64,000 nucleotides of DNA. It comes from Bdellovibrio sp. CG22_combo_CG10-13_8_21_14_all_39_27. GTDB lineage: Bacteria > Bdellovibrionota > Bacteriovoracia > Bacteriovoracales > Bacteriovoracaceae. The DNA is taken from positions 206,304 to 270,303 of the forward strand of contig PCTW01000038.1 of assembly GCA_002786715.1 (NCBI GenBank). Direction: 5' to 3'. The position numbers were made by a program, and so were the translations under genes. Under the pieces are notes generated by a model that was not told the DNA's origin, ran no database searches, and saw nothing but the letters and a program-made list of their open reading frames with translations. Positions 45,328-54,569 of the stretch are shown in pieces (position 1 is the stretch's first letter; each line of letters opens with the position of its first letter).

Positions 45328-47361
45328 ATGAATAATCCATTATTGCAGAAATTTGAAACACCCTTTGAAACCGTTCCTTTTGATTTAATCAAAGAAGAAC
45401 ATTTTCTACCGGCACTACAAAAAGCGATTGAGTTAGGAAAAGAAGAAATTACAAAAATTAAAACAAATCCAGAAAATCCCAATTTTTATAATGTATGCGA
45501 AGCGATGGAAAATGCGGGGCACTATGTGGATGTTGTTGCGGGTGTCTTTTTTAACCTTCATGGTTCAAATACAAATGAAAAACTTCAGGCAATTGCTAAA
45601 GAATTTTCGCCAATCCTCACTGAATATTCAAATGACATCACTCTTGATGTTGAATTGTTTTCAAAGGTTAAAGCTGTCTATGATCGCAAAGACTCGCTTA
45701 ACTTAAATCAGGAAGAAAAAATGCTTCTTGAAAAGCAATACAAAAACTTTGCTAGAAACGGTGCCCTTCTCAATGACTCACAAAAAGATGAAATGAGAAA
45801 AATTGATAAAGAGCTTTCAAGTCTTAAGCTACAGTTTGGTGACAATGTTTTGAAAGAAACAAACGACTATCTGATGTTGATTGAAAAGAAAGAAGATCTC
45901 TCCGGACTTCCTGAAGGCGTTGTCGAGGCAGCTGCACATGTGGCAAAGGAAAAAGGTCACGAAGGAAAATGGGCCTTCACTCTCGACTATACTAGTTATG
46001 TTCCCTTTGTCACTTATGCAGACAATAGAAAACTCAGAGAAGAAATTTCGAGAGCCTTTGGTTCTAAAGCTTTTAAGAATAATGATCACGACAATCAAAA
46101 CATTGTGAAGAAAATTGTTGAGTTTAGAGACCAAAGAGCGAAACTCTTGGGATATGCGACTCATGCCCATTTTGTTCTCGAAGAAAGAATGGCGGGCAAT
46201 CCTGATACCGTAAATTCATTCATCAACAATATGCTTGATCACGCTAAACCTTTTGGGAATAAAGATGTTGAAGAAGTAAAGGACTTCGCTCAAAGAAATG
46301 GATTTACAGAAGAGTTTATGGGATGGGATTTTTCTTATTGGTCGGAAAAACTCAAAATGGAAAAGTACAGCATCGATGATGAGGTTCTTCGTCCTTATTT
46401 TAAGTTAGAAAATTGCGTAGAAGGAATTTTCAAAGTCGCCAATCTCCTCTACGGAATTAATTTTAGAGAACGCAAAGACATTCCAACATATCACGAAGAT
46501 GTAAAAGCCTATGAAGTTACTGATGAAAGTGGTCTTCACTTATCCGTCTTCTATACTGACTTTTATCCAAGAGCTGGCAAGAGAGCAGGGGCTTGGATGT
46601 CGGGATTTAGAGATCAGCACATGTCAGAAGGCAAGGATCATCGTCCTCATGTCATTATCGTTTGTAACTTTCCGAAGCCAACAAGTAACAAGCCTTCTCT
46701 CTTAAGCTTTAGAGAAGTAACAACTCTTTTCCATGAGTTTGGTCATGCCCTTCATGGTATGCTTTCTAAGTGTAAGTATCAAAGTTTATCAGGAACTTCT
46801 GTCTACTGGGACTTCGTTGAACTTCCTTCTCAAATTATGGAAAATTGGGTAACAGAAAAAGAATGCTTAGACTTGTTCGCTGTTCACTATGAAACAGGAA
46901 AGAAGATTCCACCAGAATTGATTGAAAAATTAAAGAAGAGTTCAAACTTTCAAGAAGGCTATGGAACTCTAAGACAGTTAACATTTGCTTCACTCGATAT
47001 GGCTTGGCATACAACGACTCCTTCTGAGATCAAAGAGGTTTCAGAGTTTGAAAAAATGGCAACTGAGAAAACACGTCTTCTGCCTAGAGTAGAGGGAACT
47101 TCTATGAGCTGTTCTTTCTCTCATATTTTCCAGGGAGGATATTCTTCTGGTTATTATTCTTATAAATGGGCCGAAGTTTTAGATGCAGATGCTTTTGAGC
47201 TGTTTAAGCAAAAGGGTATTTTTAACAAAGAAGTGGCCAAGAAATTTAGAGATAACGTTTTATCTCGCGGTGGGAGTGAGCACCCGATGACACTCTTTAA
47301 GAAATTTAGAGGTCATGAGCCTTCGCCAGAAGCCTTACTCAAAAGAGCAGGTTTAGTTTAA
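45328..47361 (+). CDS. M3-family zinc metallopeptidase (peptidyl-dipeptidase Dcp / oligopeptidase A-like)
   Basis: The HEFGHALH zinc motif is present. The protein is 677 aa and has M3-type blocks (FYPRAGKRAGAW, GGYSSGYYSYKWAEVL). Confidence 0.9.
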   Translation: MNNPLLQKFETPFETVPFDLIKEEHFLPALQKAIELGKEEITKIKTNPENPNFYNVCEAMENAGHYVDVVAGVFFNLHGSNTNEKLQAIAKEFSPILTEYSNDITLDVELFSKVKAVYDRKDSLNLNQEEKMLLEKQYKNFARNGALLNDSQKDEMRKIDKELSSLKLQFGDNVLKETNDYLMLIEKKEDLSGLPEGVVEAAAHVAKEKGHEGKWAFTLDYTSYVPFVTYADNRKLREEISRAFGSKAFKNNDHDNQNIVKKIVEFRDQRAKLLGYATHAHFVLEERMAGNPDTVNSFINNMLDHAKPFGNKDVEEVKDFAQRNGFTEEFMGWDFSYWSEKLKMEKYSIDDEVLRPYFKLENCVEGIFKVANLLYGINFRERKDIPTYHEDVKAYEVTDESGLHLSVFYTDFYPRAGKRAGAWMSGFRDQHMSEGKDHRPHVIIVCNFPKPTSNKPSLLSFREVTTLFHEFGHALHGMLSKCKYQSLSGTSVYWDFVELPSQIMENWVTEKECLDLFAVHYETGKKIPPELIEKLKKSSNFQEGYGTLRQLTFASLDMAWHTTTPSEIKEVSEFEKMATEKTRLLPRVEGTSMSCSFSHIFQGGYSSGYYSYKWAEVLDADAFELFKQKGIFNKEVAKKFRDNVLSRGGSEHPMTLFKKFRGHEPSPEALLKRAGLV

Positions 47362-47367
47362 TTCGTT

Positions 47368-48612
47368 CTAAATTGTCGTTTCAACATAAGCCTCTCGATG
47401 CACTTGTGTAAGAGAGGCTTTTTTTAATTCTTTTGTATCTTTCATAAAATGCCGAATAAATATGACAGTCACGAAAAAGAGGGAAGCCCCAAGTAAAATA
47501 GAATGGGGAGAGTAGATGTTGCCAATAACTCCAACAATGGTGCTACCCAAAATGTTGGGCGTGATAAAGGACATCTCAGAGAGGGACATCACACGATTTA
47601 AATATTCTGAATCGACAGTCGTTGAAAAATAATTTAATTGATTGCTAACCCTGAGAAATACAGAAAAGCCCCAAATGCCAAAAAGGACCAAGCATAAATA
47701 GTAATTAGTAATATAATTGAAAAAGATAAAAAGAATTCCTTCGGTCGTAATGAGTAAAAGTATAAGCTTTCCTAAATGCATTTTGATTTTATTGGTCGAG
47801 GCCATCGTTCCACCAATAAAACCACCCAACCCAAAACAGGCCATCAGAACCCCATATTGATTCTTGGACCATCCCAAACTCTCAGTGGTGTAGGGAATGA
47901 GAAGAGAAATTAAAATACCAATAGAAAAACCAGCGACGCAGTTGTTTATCAAAATTGCTCGAACATCTAATCGTTTCGACACAAATTCCAGACCTTGTTT
48001 GAAGTCTTGAATAAGAGAGAAAGCAGGAGGCTTACTCGTCTTTTTCAATTGTATTCTACGAAGTAAGTATATTCCAAGGACATAAGTTGAGAGATCAAAA
48101 AGCAAAATTTCATTGATGCCGTTGAGCAAAGAGTAGAGAACGGCTCCGAAAAAGGGGCCAGTAATATGAAGTACAGCGAAGGTTGAGGCAAAAAGAGAAT
48201 TGGCATTTTTCATTTCCCCTGGAGGAACCACGTCGACAATTAAAGTTTGGCGTGTAGGTCTGAAAACACCTGTAAAAAAAGCAATAACAGCAGTTGCTCC
48301 GATTATCGTACTTGGAGTTTGGACAAAGAACAAAAGAATGATAGCAGGCATTCTAAAGAATTCGGTTGCGATTAGAATGTTTCGGCGATCGTATTTTTCT
48401 CCGAGGGGTCCTCCGATGATATTTCCTATGGTCATACTAATCAAAAAGAGCGCACGAGAAATACCGAGAATGGCGGCATTTTTCTGAGAGAGATCAAATA
48501 ATAATAATGTAAGAGCAGTTTCTGTTAAAAACGAACCCAATTCAGAGGTTAAGCCCGCAACATATAAACGTGAAAAGTTTTTATAAATGAGGGCCCGAAA
48601 TAATGGAATCAT
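47368..48612 (-). CDS. MFS transporter
   Basis: It has about 12 hydrophobic helices. The MFS loop-like motif is GPLGEKYDRRN. Confidence 0.75.
   Translation of the reverse strand: MIPLFRALIYKNFSRLYVAGLTSELGSFLTETALTLLLFDLSQKNAAILGISRALFLISMTIGNIIGGPLGEKYDRRNILIATEFFRMPAIILLFFVQTPSTIIGATAVIAFFTGVFRPTRQTLIVDVVPPGEMKNANSLFASTFAVLHITGPFFGAVLYSLLNGINEILLFDLSTYVLGIYLLRRIQLKKTSKPPAFSLIQDFKQGLEFVSKRLDVRAILINNCVAGFSIGILISLLIPYTTESLGWSKNQYGVLMACFGLGGFIGGTMASTNKIKMHLGKLILLLITTEGILFIFFNYITNYYLCLVLFGIWGFSVFLRVSNQLNYFSTTVDSEYLNRVMSLSEMSFITPNILGSTIVGVIGNIYSPHSILLGASLFFVTVIFIRHFMKDTKELKKASLTQVHREAYVETTI
47388..47425 (+). terminator. Rho-independent terminator of the M3 peptidase gene, overlapping the 3' end of the convergent MFS ORF
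   Basis: Stem AAGCCTCTC/GAGAGGCTT with a 15-nt loop and a T7 run. Confidence 0.65.
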
Positions 48613-49595
48613 GAGAGGCTAAGTTGTCCTAATTTTGCATGGGCCGTTTTGTATTCGCCTATGATTTTATCGACAAAGTCCTTAACTTTCATTTCTCGAT
48701 CAATGAATTCAATTGAAGGACCGGCACACCAAACCGTTTTATAGGTGGCAGAGAAAGCAGCTTTCTCAAGCGCTTTCATGCCTTTATAAAAGGTGAGCAT
48801 CTTGGCATATTTTTTTAATTGTTTATTTTTATTTAAAACTTTCTCAACCACATTTTGATCGAGACCAATTTTCTTCACGTAAGGAGTTACGATCACTGTA
48901 CAAGGCGAACCAGAAACTTTTGTCGTCAGAGCAATATCTTTAGCACCAAAATCTAAGCAAGCTTTTTTATATTCAGCACTCACTGGGCTCTCAACGCAAG
49001 AAATAAAAGGTGAACCAACCGAAACGCCTTCTGCCCCAAGGGCAAGTACAGATAAAAGTCCTTCGCCTGTTCCAACACCACCTGCTGAAATTACCGGAAG
49101 TTTACAGGATTTTCTGAGCATGGGGACCAGAATTGAAGCAGGAATGGGCCCTGCATGTCCGCCAGCTCCAGAGTTTACGGCAATGAGTGCATCAGCCCCA
49201 AGTTTTTCTACTTTGAGAGCATACTCAACATCCACAACATCACAAAGCACTCGCACTCCTTTAGGTTGTAAGCGTTTAATTGTTTCTTCAGGACTGCCTA
49301 ATGAAGTGATGACAAAGTCAGGATTAATCCGTTCACAAATTTCCATTTGCTTTTCAAGGACGATATTTGATTTGTTAACAATAAGGTTGACTCCAAAAGG
49401 GCCCTTGCAATTGTCTTTTAGACGTTTCATTCCTTCTTCGAAAAGTTCTGGGGTTCGATAATTCAGGGCCGGTATGCAGCCCATGATTCCACTTTCGGCG
49501 GCAGCAATGAGCATCTCTTCGTTGGAAACGAGAAACATGGGGGCCATGATAATGGGGTACTTAATGTTGAACTCTTTAGTAATCCATGTTTGCAT
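48609..49595 (-). CDS. Nitronate monooxygenase / FabK-like FMN oxidoreductase
   Basis: Motifs YPIIMAPM, NSGAGGHAGP and ISAGGVGTGEG. The MFS gene's start overlaps this gene's stop codon (4-nt overlap). Confidence 0.8.
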   Translation of the reverse strand: MQTWITKEFNIKYPIIMAPMFLVSNEEMLIAAAESGIMGCIPALNYRTPELFEEGMKRLKDNCKGPFGVNLIVNKSNIVLEKQMEICERINPDFVITSLGSPEETIKRLQPKGVRVLCDVVDVEYALKVEKLGADALIAVNSGAGGHAGPIPASILVPMLRKSCKLPVISAGGVGTGEGLLSVLALGAEGVSVGSPFISCVESPVSAEYKKACLDFGAKDIALTTKVSGSPCTVIVTPYVKKIGLDQNVVEKVLNKNKQLKKYAKMLTFYKGMKALEKAAFSATYKTVWCAGPSIEFIDREMKVKDFVDKIIGEYKTAHAKLGQLSLS

Positions 49596-49759
49596 TTTTA
49601 CTCCATGCGGATCGCGTTAATCCTATAATAGCTAATATTCACTGACACTTGAGGCCCAGTGTAAGAACATATTAGACCAATTTGAGGTCTTTTGCCTTCT
49701 GAAAAGTTACACTAACTGAAGCTTCAAGGATGAGCGATAGTTATATTTACGGAGGTATT

Positions 49760-50947
49760 ATGAAATTCCATAGGACGTGGATCACTTTAGGGGCAGTACT
49801 TTTTAGTATGCAAGCCTATTCACAATCTTTTTGGGCAACAATTGACAAAGATGTACTTAGCACAATGGAAAAGAATCAGTTTTTCGGTGAAAAAGGCATT
49901 AAATCGACAGGCGATAACATTGCCGTTGTTGAAATTGACGAAAGAAACTTAGGACATTTAAGTTCTATCATGCACGAAGAATTTCGCCGTTGCGGTGGGT
50001 TTGTTCGTCACGATTCACTCGAAGAAGCCATGGGAGTTCTCGACAACGAGCAATTCATGAAGAGCATGAACAAGGCGGAAGTTGCCAATTACACTATCGA
50101 TCAAGATGCAACTGTTAATACCATGATTGCACAAGTTCAAGAGATGAACATCAGATCTCAAATTGAAAAGATGTCTAGTTTCAAAAACCGTTATTACAAA
50201 TCTAGCACAGGCGAAGATTCACAACGCTATGTCTTTGATACCTGGTCTTCACTTATTCAAGGTCGCACTGATGCCAAAGTTGAATATTTCCGCCACTCAG
50301 GATGGGGACAACCAACAGTTATCATGACCCTAGAAGGTGCTTCATCTGAAACTATCGTTTTGGGTGGTCACGCTGATTCAATTGCCGGATGGATGGGCGG
50401 AGCTAATGCGACGGCACCAGGTGCTGACGACAATGCTTCAGGAATTTCAACACTGACTGAAGTTATACGCATTCTTATGGCGAATAACTTTCAACCGCAA
50501 AAAACGATCAAGTTCATGGCTTATGCTGCAGAAGAAGTTGGACTTCTCGGATCAAAAGAAGTGGCAGCTAGCTTCAAAAAAGATAACTTGAATGTTATTG
50601 GTGTAATGCAACTCGATATGACGAACTTCAATGGTTCTCAAGAAGATATCGTTTTAATGACGGATTACACGAATGAAGCTCAAAACCAATTTATTGGATC
50701 ATTAATTGATCATTATCTTCCAGGAATTAAGTGGGGATATGATAAGTGTGGTTACGGATGTAGCGATCATGCATCATGGCATAATCAAGGTTACCCAGCT
50801 TCAATGCCTTTCGAATCACGCAAAGGTGCTATGAATAGAAATATCCATACCTCTCGCGATAGGTTAGATGTTTCTGGTGGCCATGCACGTCACGCTCTTA
50901 AGTTCTCACAAATGGCCATCGCATTTGTCGTTGAATTAGATAAGTGA
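49760..50947 (+). CDS. Secreted M28-family aminopeptidase (Vibrio/Aeromonas leucyl aminopeptidase-like)
   Basis: Signal peptide present. Motifs GGHADS, GADDNASG, AAEEVGLLGS and GCSDH. The start at 49760 has a GGAGG RBS. Confidence 0.85.
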   Translation: MKFHRTWITLGAVLFSMQAYSQSFWATIDKDVLSTMEKNQFFGEKGIKSTGDNIAVVEIDERNLGHLSSIMHEEFRRCGGFVRHDSLEEAMGVLDNEQFMKSMNKAEVANYTIDQDATVNTMIAQVQEMNIRSQIEKMSSFKNRYYKSSTGEDSQRYVFDTWSSLIQGRTDAKVEYFRHSGWGQPTVIMTLEGASSETIVLGGHADSIAGWMGGANATAPGADDNASGISTLTEVIRILMANNFQPQKTIKFMAYAAEEVGLLGSKEVAASFKKDNLNVIGVMQLDMTNFNGSQEDIVLMTDYTNEAQNQFIGSLIDHYLPGIKWGYDKCGYGCSDHASWHNQGYPASMPFESRKGAMNRNIHTSRDRLDVSGGHARHALKFSQMAIAFVVELDK

Positions 50948-50974
50948 TAAAATCATTTTAGTATTTCTTAAGTG

Positions 50975-51002
50975 AGCGCCCCTAAATGGGGCGCTTTTTT
51001 TT
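50975..51002 (+). terminator. Rho-independent terminator
   Basis: Stem AGCGCCCC/GGGGCGCT with a 5-nt loop and a T8 run. Confidence 0.8.
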
Positions 51003-51018
51003 AAAGGGTGAAACCATA

Positions 51019-53751
51019 GTGTCATCAACCGATATTCCCGATCTGATCGATTTCGACTCTCTCTCCTCAATCCTTGAATCCGAAAGAAAAAGCTTATTGA
51101 AGATCAATAACTTTTCTCAAGACGATGAAGGTTTTGTTCGTTCCACTGAAGATGCCAATAAGATTTTAGAAACTCTTAAATTTATTCAAAAAGATTTATC
51201 CACATTGTTTGGAGAGTTTCCCACATTAATGGGACTTTTCGACACTGAGTTTGTTGCTTTTGAAGAATTTATTCAAAGAGACTTTATTCTCGATATTCTC
51301 TTTCTCGAAGATTGTATGATTCCTGAAAAGGAAATGTTCTTCTTTGGACAAGATGGTGGTCTCAATCCCAATATCTTGGAACTCCATTTAAAAACATTGC
51401 GCGATTGGATTGCGCTTAAAAAAGATAAGCACGTCGCCAATCAAACGCTGATTAAAGACAATTTTAATATTGATATGAAATCGCAGGCAATGGAATGTCA
51501 GTGTGTTGCTTGTCAGGCTGATTTTAGAACTCGGCTCAGAGAATATCTCTACGATCAATGTGTAGAAATTGTGAATGCCGGAAAAGCTAAGATCGAGGAA
51601 GTATTTGAAACGGGTAAAGGGGATGTTAGCGAGCTCTACACAGATATGCAGAAGAGCTTAGATAAAATTTTTCACAGTGTTCGTTTTAAACTCAAACGTT
51701 CAACTGTCAATAGACTTGAATCACAAGTTAAGTCTTATATGCGTGAAATTTTTACTGCTCCTTCAGAATTGGCGGCGAAGCAGAAAAATTATCTTGTACC
51801 TTTCTTTAAGAAGTTAATGGTTCAAGAGGAATTGAATCAAGATTTGATCACAGATGAGGAATATGATCGCTTTTTGGCCCAGTTAAATACCAATATTTGG
51901 CGCAATGACCGATTTCTCGAACGAGAATTTAAAAAACTTTTAAAGTCTGTGATGTTTTTGAAACGCAAAGATATCTCAGGCAAAATTTTGCAAGATTATC
52001 TCGGAGAGTTTTGGATTCACTCTCAAGCGCGAACCATTACTCGTAAAATTATCTATCATATGGGTCCTACCAACTCAGGTAAAACCTATCATGCCATCGA
52101 AGCCCTATGCCAGGCTAAGAAGGGCTGCTATCTCGCTCCGTTGAGACTTTTGGCGGCTGAGCTTTACGATAAAATGAATACTAAAGGTGTGACAACGACG
52201 CTTTTGACTGGTGAAGAGATTATTGAAGTGGAAGGGGCAACCCATTATGCTTCAACAATCGAAATGGCCAAGCTCCATGAGTATTTTGATTGTTGTGTCA
52301 TTGATGAAATTCAAATGATCACCGATTCCCAGAGAGGATGGGCCTGGACACGTGCCTTAGTTAACGTCTTTGCTGATGAGGTTCATATTTGCGGTGACGC
52401 CAGTGTGCTCAATCTGGTTAAAAAGATTGTCGAACTGTGCGGAGATGTTCTTGAAGTTCGCAATTATGAAAGAATGACTAAATTGAATGTAGAGAATCGC
52501 CCAATAACTTTGGGTGAACTTCAAAAGTCAGACGCACTCATTGTCTTTTCACGGCGAAATGCCTTGAAGTATAAAACGGATCTAGAACGATTAGATTTTA
52601 AAGTTTCTATCGTTTATGGTCGACTTTCTCCAGAAGTAAGAAGGGAGCAAGCCCGTAAATTTGACCAAGGTGAAACCGATATCATCGTGGCCACAGATGC
52701 CATTTCGATGGGGATGAACCTCCCTATTAGAAGAATCGTTTTCTCGACACTCACTAAATATATTGATAGCAAAGAACATCCCATAACTGAGAGTGAGATT
52801 AAGCAGATTGCAGGTCGAGCGGGTCGTTACCAACGTTACCCAACAGGCTTTGTGACTTGTTTGCAAAAAGAAGAAAATGGACTAGACCAAATTCGCGATG
52901 CTCTTGAGGCAACTCTCGAGCAACAAGATAAATGTATGGTGGGTCCCGATTTAGAAATCTTTTCGCAAGTGAATGAAGCCCTTGAGAGCAATGGACTTTC
53001 ACGCTTGAGACTCTCAGAGTTCTTGCGTCTTTTTAACACGATGATCTTTCAATTACCTTTCTTCTGTGTTGATTTGAAAGAAATGATCGAACTTGCAGAA
53101 ATGGTTGAAGATGCGGATGTCGGCAATAAATTAACAAGTGCAGAGACTTTTGGATTTGCCTGTTCGCCAGTAAATCTTGGGTTGTTAGAGCATGTTCAGT
53201 ATTACGTTTGGATATTGAATAATTATGTCACTGGGAACATGATCCATAATGAAAAAATTGATTTTAAATCTGGAGACATTGATTATCTCGAAACTACAAT
53301 TAAGTGCGTAGAGCTTTATCAATGGTTATCGCGCCATTTTGGAAAGAATCTCTTTGTCTTCGATGAACAAGATCTTCTCCATAATAAAGGTCAAGCGATC
53401 GAACAGCTCAATACATTATTGTCGGATAAAATCGTACCGACGTGTTCGAGTTGCGGGACTAAGTTATCAGATAAATCGAAATTCGCTATTTGCGAAGAAT
53501 GTTTCAAAACGAGAAGGTTTAGAAATAACCGCGGATCTCAACGAGGTTTTGGAAATAAACCTGGTAGAGAGGGTGACAAAGGTCCTGAGTCTGGTCCCAA
53601 TAATAATCGCAATAGAGGACCTCGGAAATTTGATCGTCGCCCTGGTGGCCAGAAGAGCGGTCCTGGCGCAGGTGGACCTCCGGGTGCACCCGGAGGAGGT
53701 TCTGATAATGGACCACGGCGCCGACGAAAGCGTTCTAACTTTAAAAAGTAA
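51019..53751 (+). CDS. Suv3-type (SUPV3L1-like) ATP-dependent RNA helicase with an unassigned ~340-aa N-terminal region, a C-terminal Zn-ribbon and an Arg/Gly/Pro-rich tail
   Basis: GPTNSGKTYHAIEAL, VIDEIQMITDSQRGWAWTRAL, ATDAISMGMNLPIRRIVF and QIAGRAGR match the human/yeast Suv3 core as I recall it. A GTG start at 51019 was chosen because the ATG at 50986 lies in the upstream terminator. Confidence 0.82.
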   Translation: MSSTDIPDLIDFDSLSSILESERKSLLKINNFSQDDEGFVRSTEDANKILETLKFIQKDLSTLFGEFPTLMGLFDTEFVAFEEFIQRDFILDILFLEDCMIPEKEMFFFGQDGGLNPNILELHLKTLRDWIALKKDKHVANQTLIKDNFNIDMKSQAMECQCVACQADFRTRLREYLYDQCVEIVNAGKAKIEEVFETGKGDVSELYTDMQKSLDKIFHSVRFKLKRSTVNRLESQVKSYMREIFTAPSELAAKQKNYLVPFFKKLMVQEELNQDLITDEEYDRFLAQLNTNIWRNDRFLEREFKKLLKSVMFLKRKDISGKILQDYLGEFWIHSQARTITRKIIYHMGPTNSGKTYHAIEALCQAKKGCYLAPLRLLAAELYDKMNTKGVTTTLLTGEEIIEVEGATHYASTIEMAKLHEYFDCCVIDEIQMITDSQRGWAWTRALVNVFADEVHICGDASVLNLVKKIVELCGDVLEVRNYERMTKLNVENRPITLGELQKSDALIVFSRRNALKYKTDLERLDFKVSIVYGRLSPEVRREQARKFDQGETDIIVATDAISMGMNLPIRRIVFSTLTKYIDSKEHPITESEIKQIAGRAGRYQRYPTGFVTCLQKEENGLDQIRDALEATLEQQDKCMVGPDLEIFSQVNEALESNGLSRLRLSEFLRLFNTMIFQLPFFCVDLKEMIELAEMVEDADVGNKLTSAETFGFACSPVNLGLLEHVQYYVWILNNYVTGNMIHNEKIDFKSGDIDYLETTIKCVELYQWLSRHFGKNLFVFDEQDLLHNKGQAIEQLNTLLSDKIVPTCSSCGTKLSDKSKFAICEECFKTRRFRNNRGSQRGFGNKPGREGDKGPESGPNNNRNRGPRKFDRRPGGQKSGPGAGGPPGAPGGGSDNGPRRRRKRSNFKK

Positions 53752-53759
53752 TTTGAACC

Positions 53760-54569
53760 ATGAACATTGATCATTATGCTGAGACATTACTTCATCAAGG
53801 CGATTTAGATCATAAGTTGATCTCCCCTAAGCTGGTAACGAGCTTTAACAAATTTCAATTGCAGAATATCCCAGACTTGCCTGGCCGCTGTGAGAAAATG
53901 AAGATTTCCGACGAGCGAGTCTCTTTTCCTAAAAATTTAACAGATCTTAATCAAAGAGCAAAAGCTCTGCACTTTTTTGCCAACCATGAGCTGTTGGCGA
54001 TCGAGATGTTGGCGGCAGCATTATTAAAGTTTGATCTCGATGAAACTGCCCAGAAAATTGTTTTAGCGACGATTGCGGATGAGCAAAAACATTTTCGTCT
54101 TTACTGCGAACGTATGAAAGACTTTGGTTGCGAGTTTGGCGACTATCCCGTTAATGATTTCTTCTGGCGCCAACTTTTAAAAATTGAAACTTTTGAGTCT
54201 TTTTATGCACTCGTTGCACTATCACTTGAACAGGCCAATTTAGACTTTGCTCAATACTACAAAGACGTTTTTATTCGTCTGGGAGATCCACAAACAGCAA
54301 ATGTTCTCGATATTGTTTTAAAAGATGAAGAGCGGCATGTTCATTTTGGAATCGATCATCTCGCATCTAAAATTGAAAATAGCGAAGAACTTTGGGACTA
54401 TTACCAACAACTTTTACCCTACAATTTCACACCAGCTCGGGCCCGTGGCAATATGTTTAATGAGCAATCTCGAATTAACGCAGGTTTCCCTGAGCACTAT
54501 ATAGAAAAGATTAAAAATTTTAAAGATGAATATAAAATTGTGAATCGCAAGCAATGGAAGCAAAAATGA
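53760..54569 (+). CDS. DUF455 ferritin-like di-iron protein
   Basis: Four-helix di-iron pattern: FANHELLAIEM, ADEQKHFRLYCERMKDFGCEFGDYPV, LEQANLD and GDPQTANVLDIVLKDEERHVHFG. It begins 8 bp after the helicase stop. Confidence 0.78.
   Translation: MNIDHYAETLLHQGDLDHKLISPKLVTSFNKFQLQNIPDLPGRCEKMKISDERVSFPKNLTDLNQRAKALHFFANHELLAIEMLAAALLKFDLDETAQKIVLATIADEQKHFRLYCERMKDFGCEFGDYPVNDFFWRQLLKIETFESFYALVALSLEQANLDFAQYYKDVFIRLGDPQTANVLDIVLKDEERHVHFGIDHLASKIENSEELWDYYQQLLPYNFTPARARGNMFNEQSRINAGFPEHYIEKIKNFKDEYKIVNRKQWKQK

Noticed and set aside
53339-53787. Four overlapping ORFs in other frames or on the other strand at the helicase 3' end.
   Set aside because: The local GC-rich RG/PG-coding DNA suppresses stop codons in all frames. 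The helicase frame is continuous with a conserved Suv3 core, so these are artefacts.
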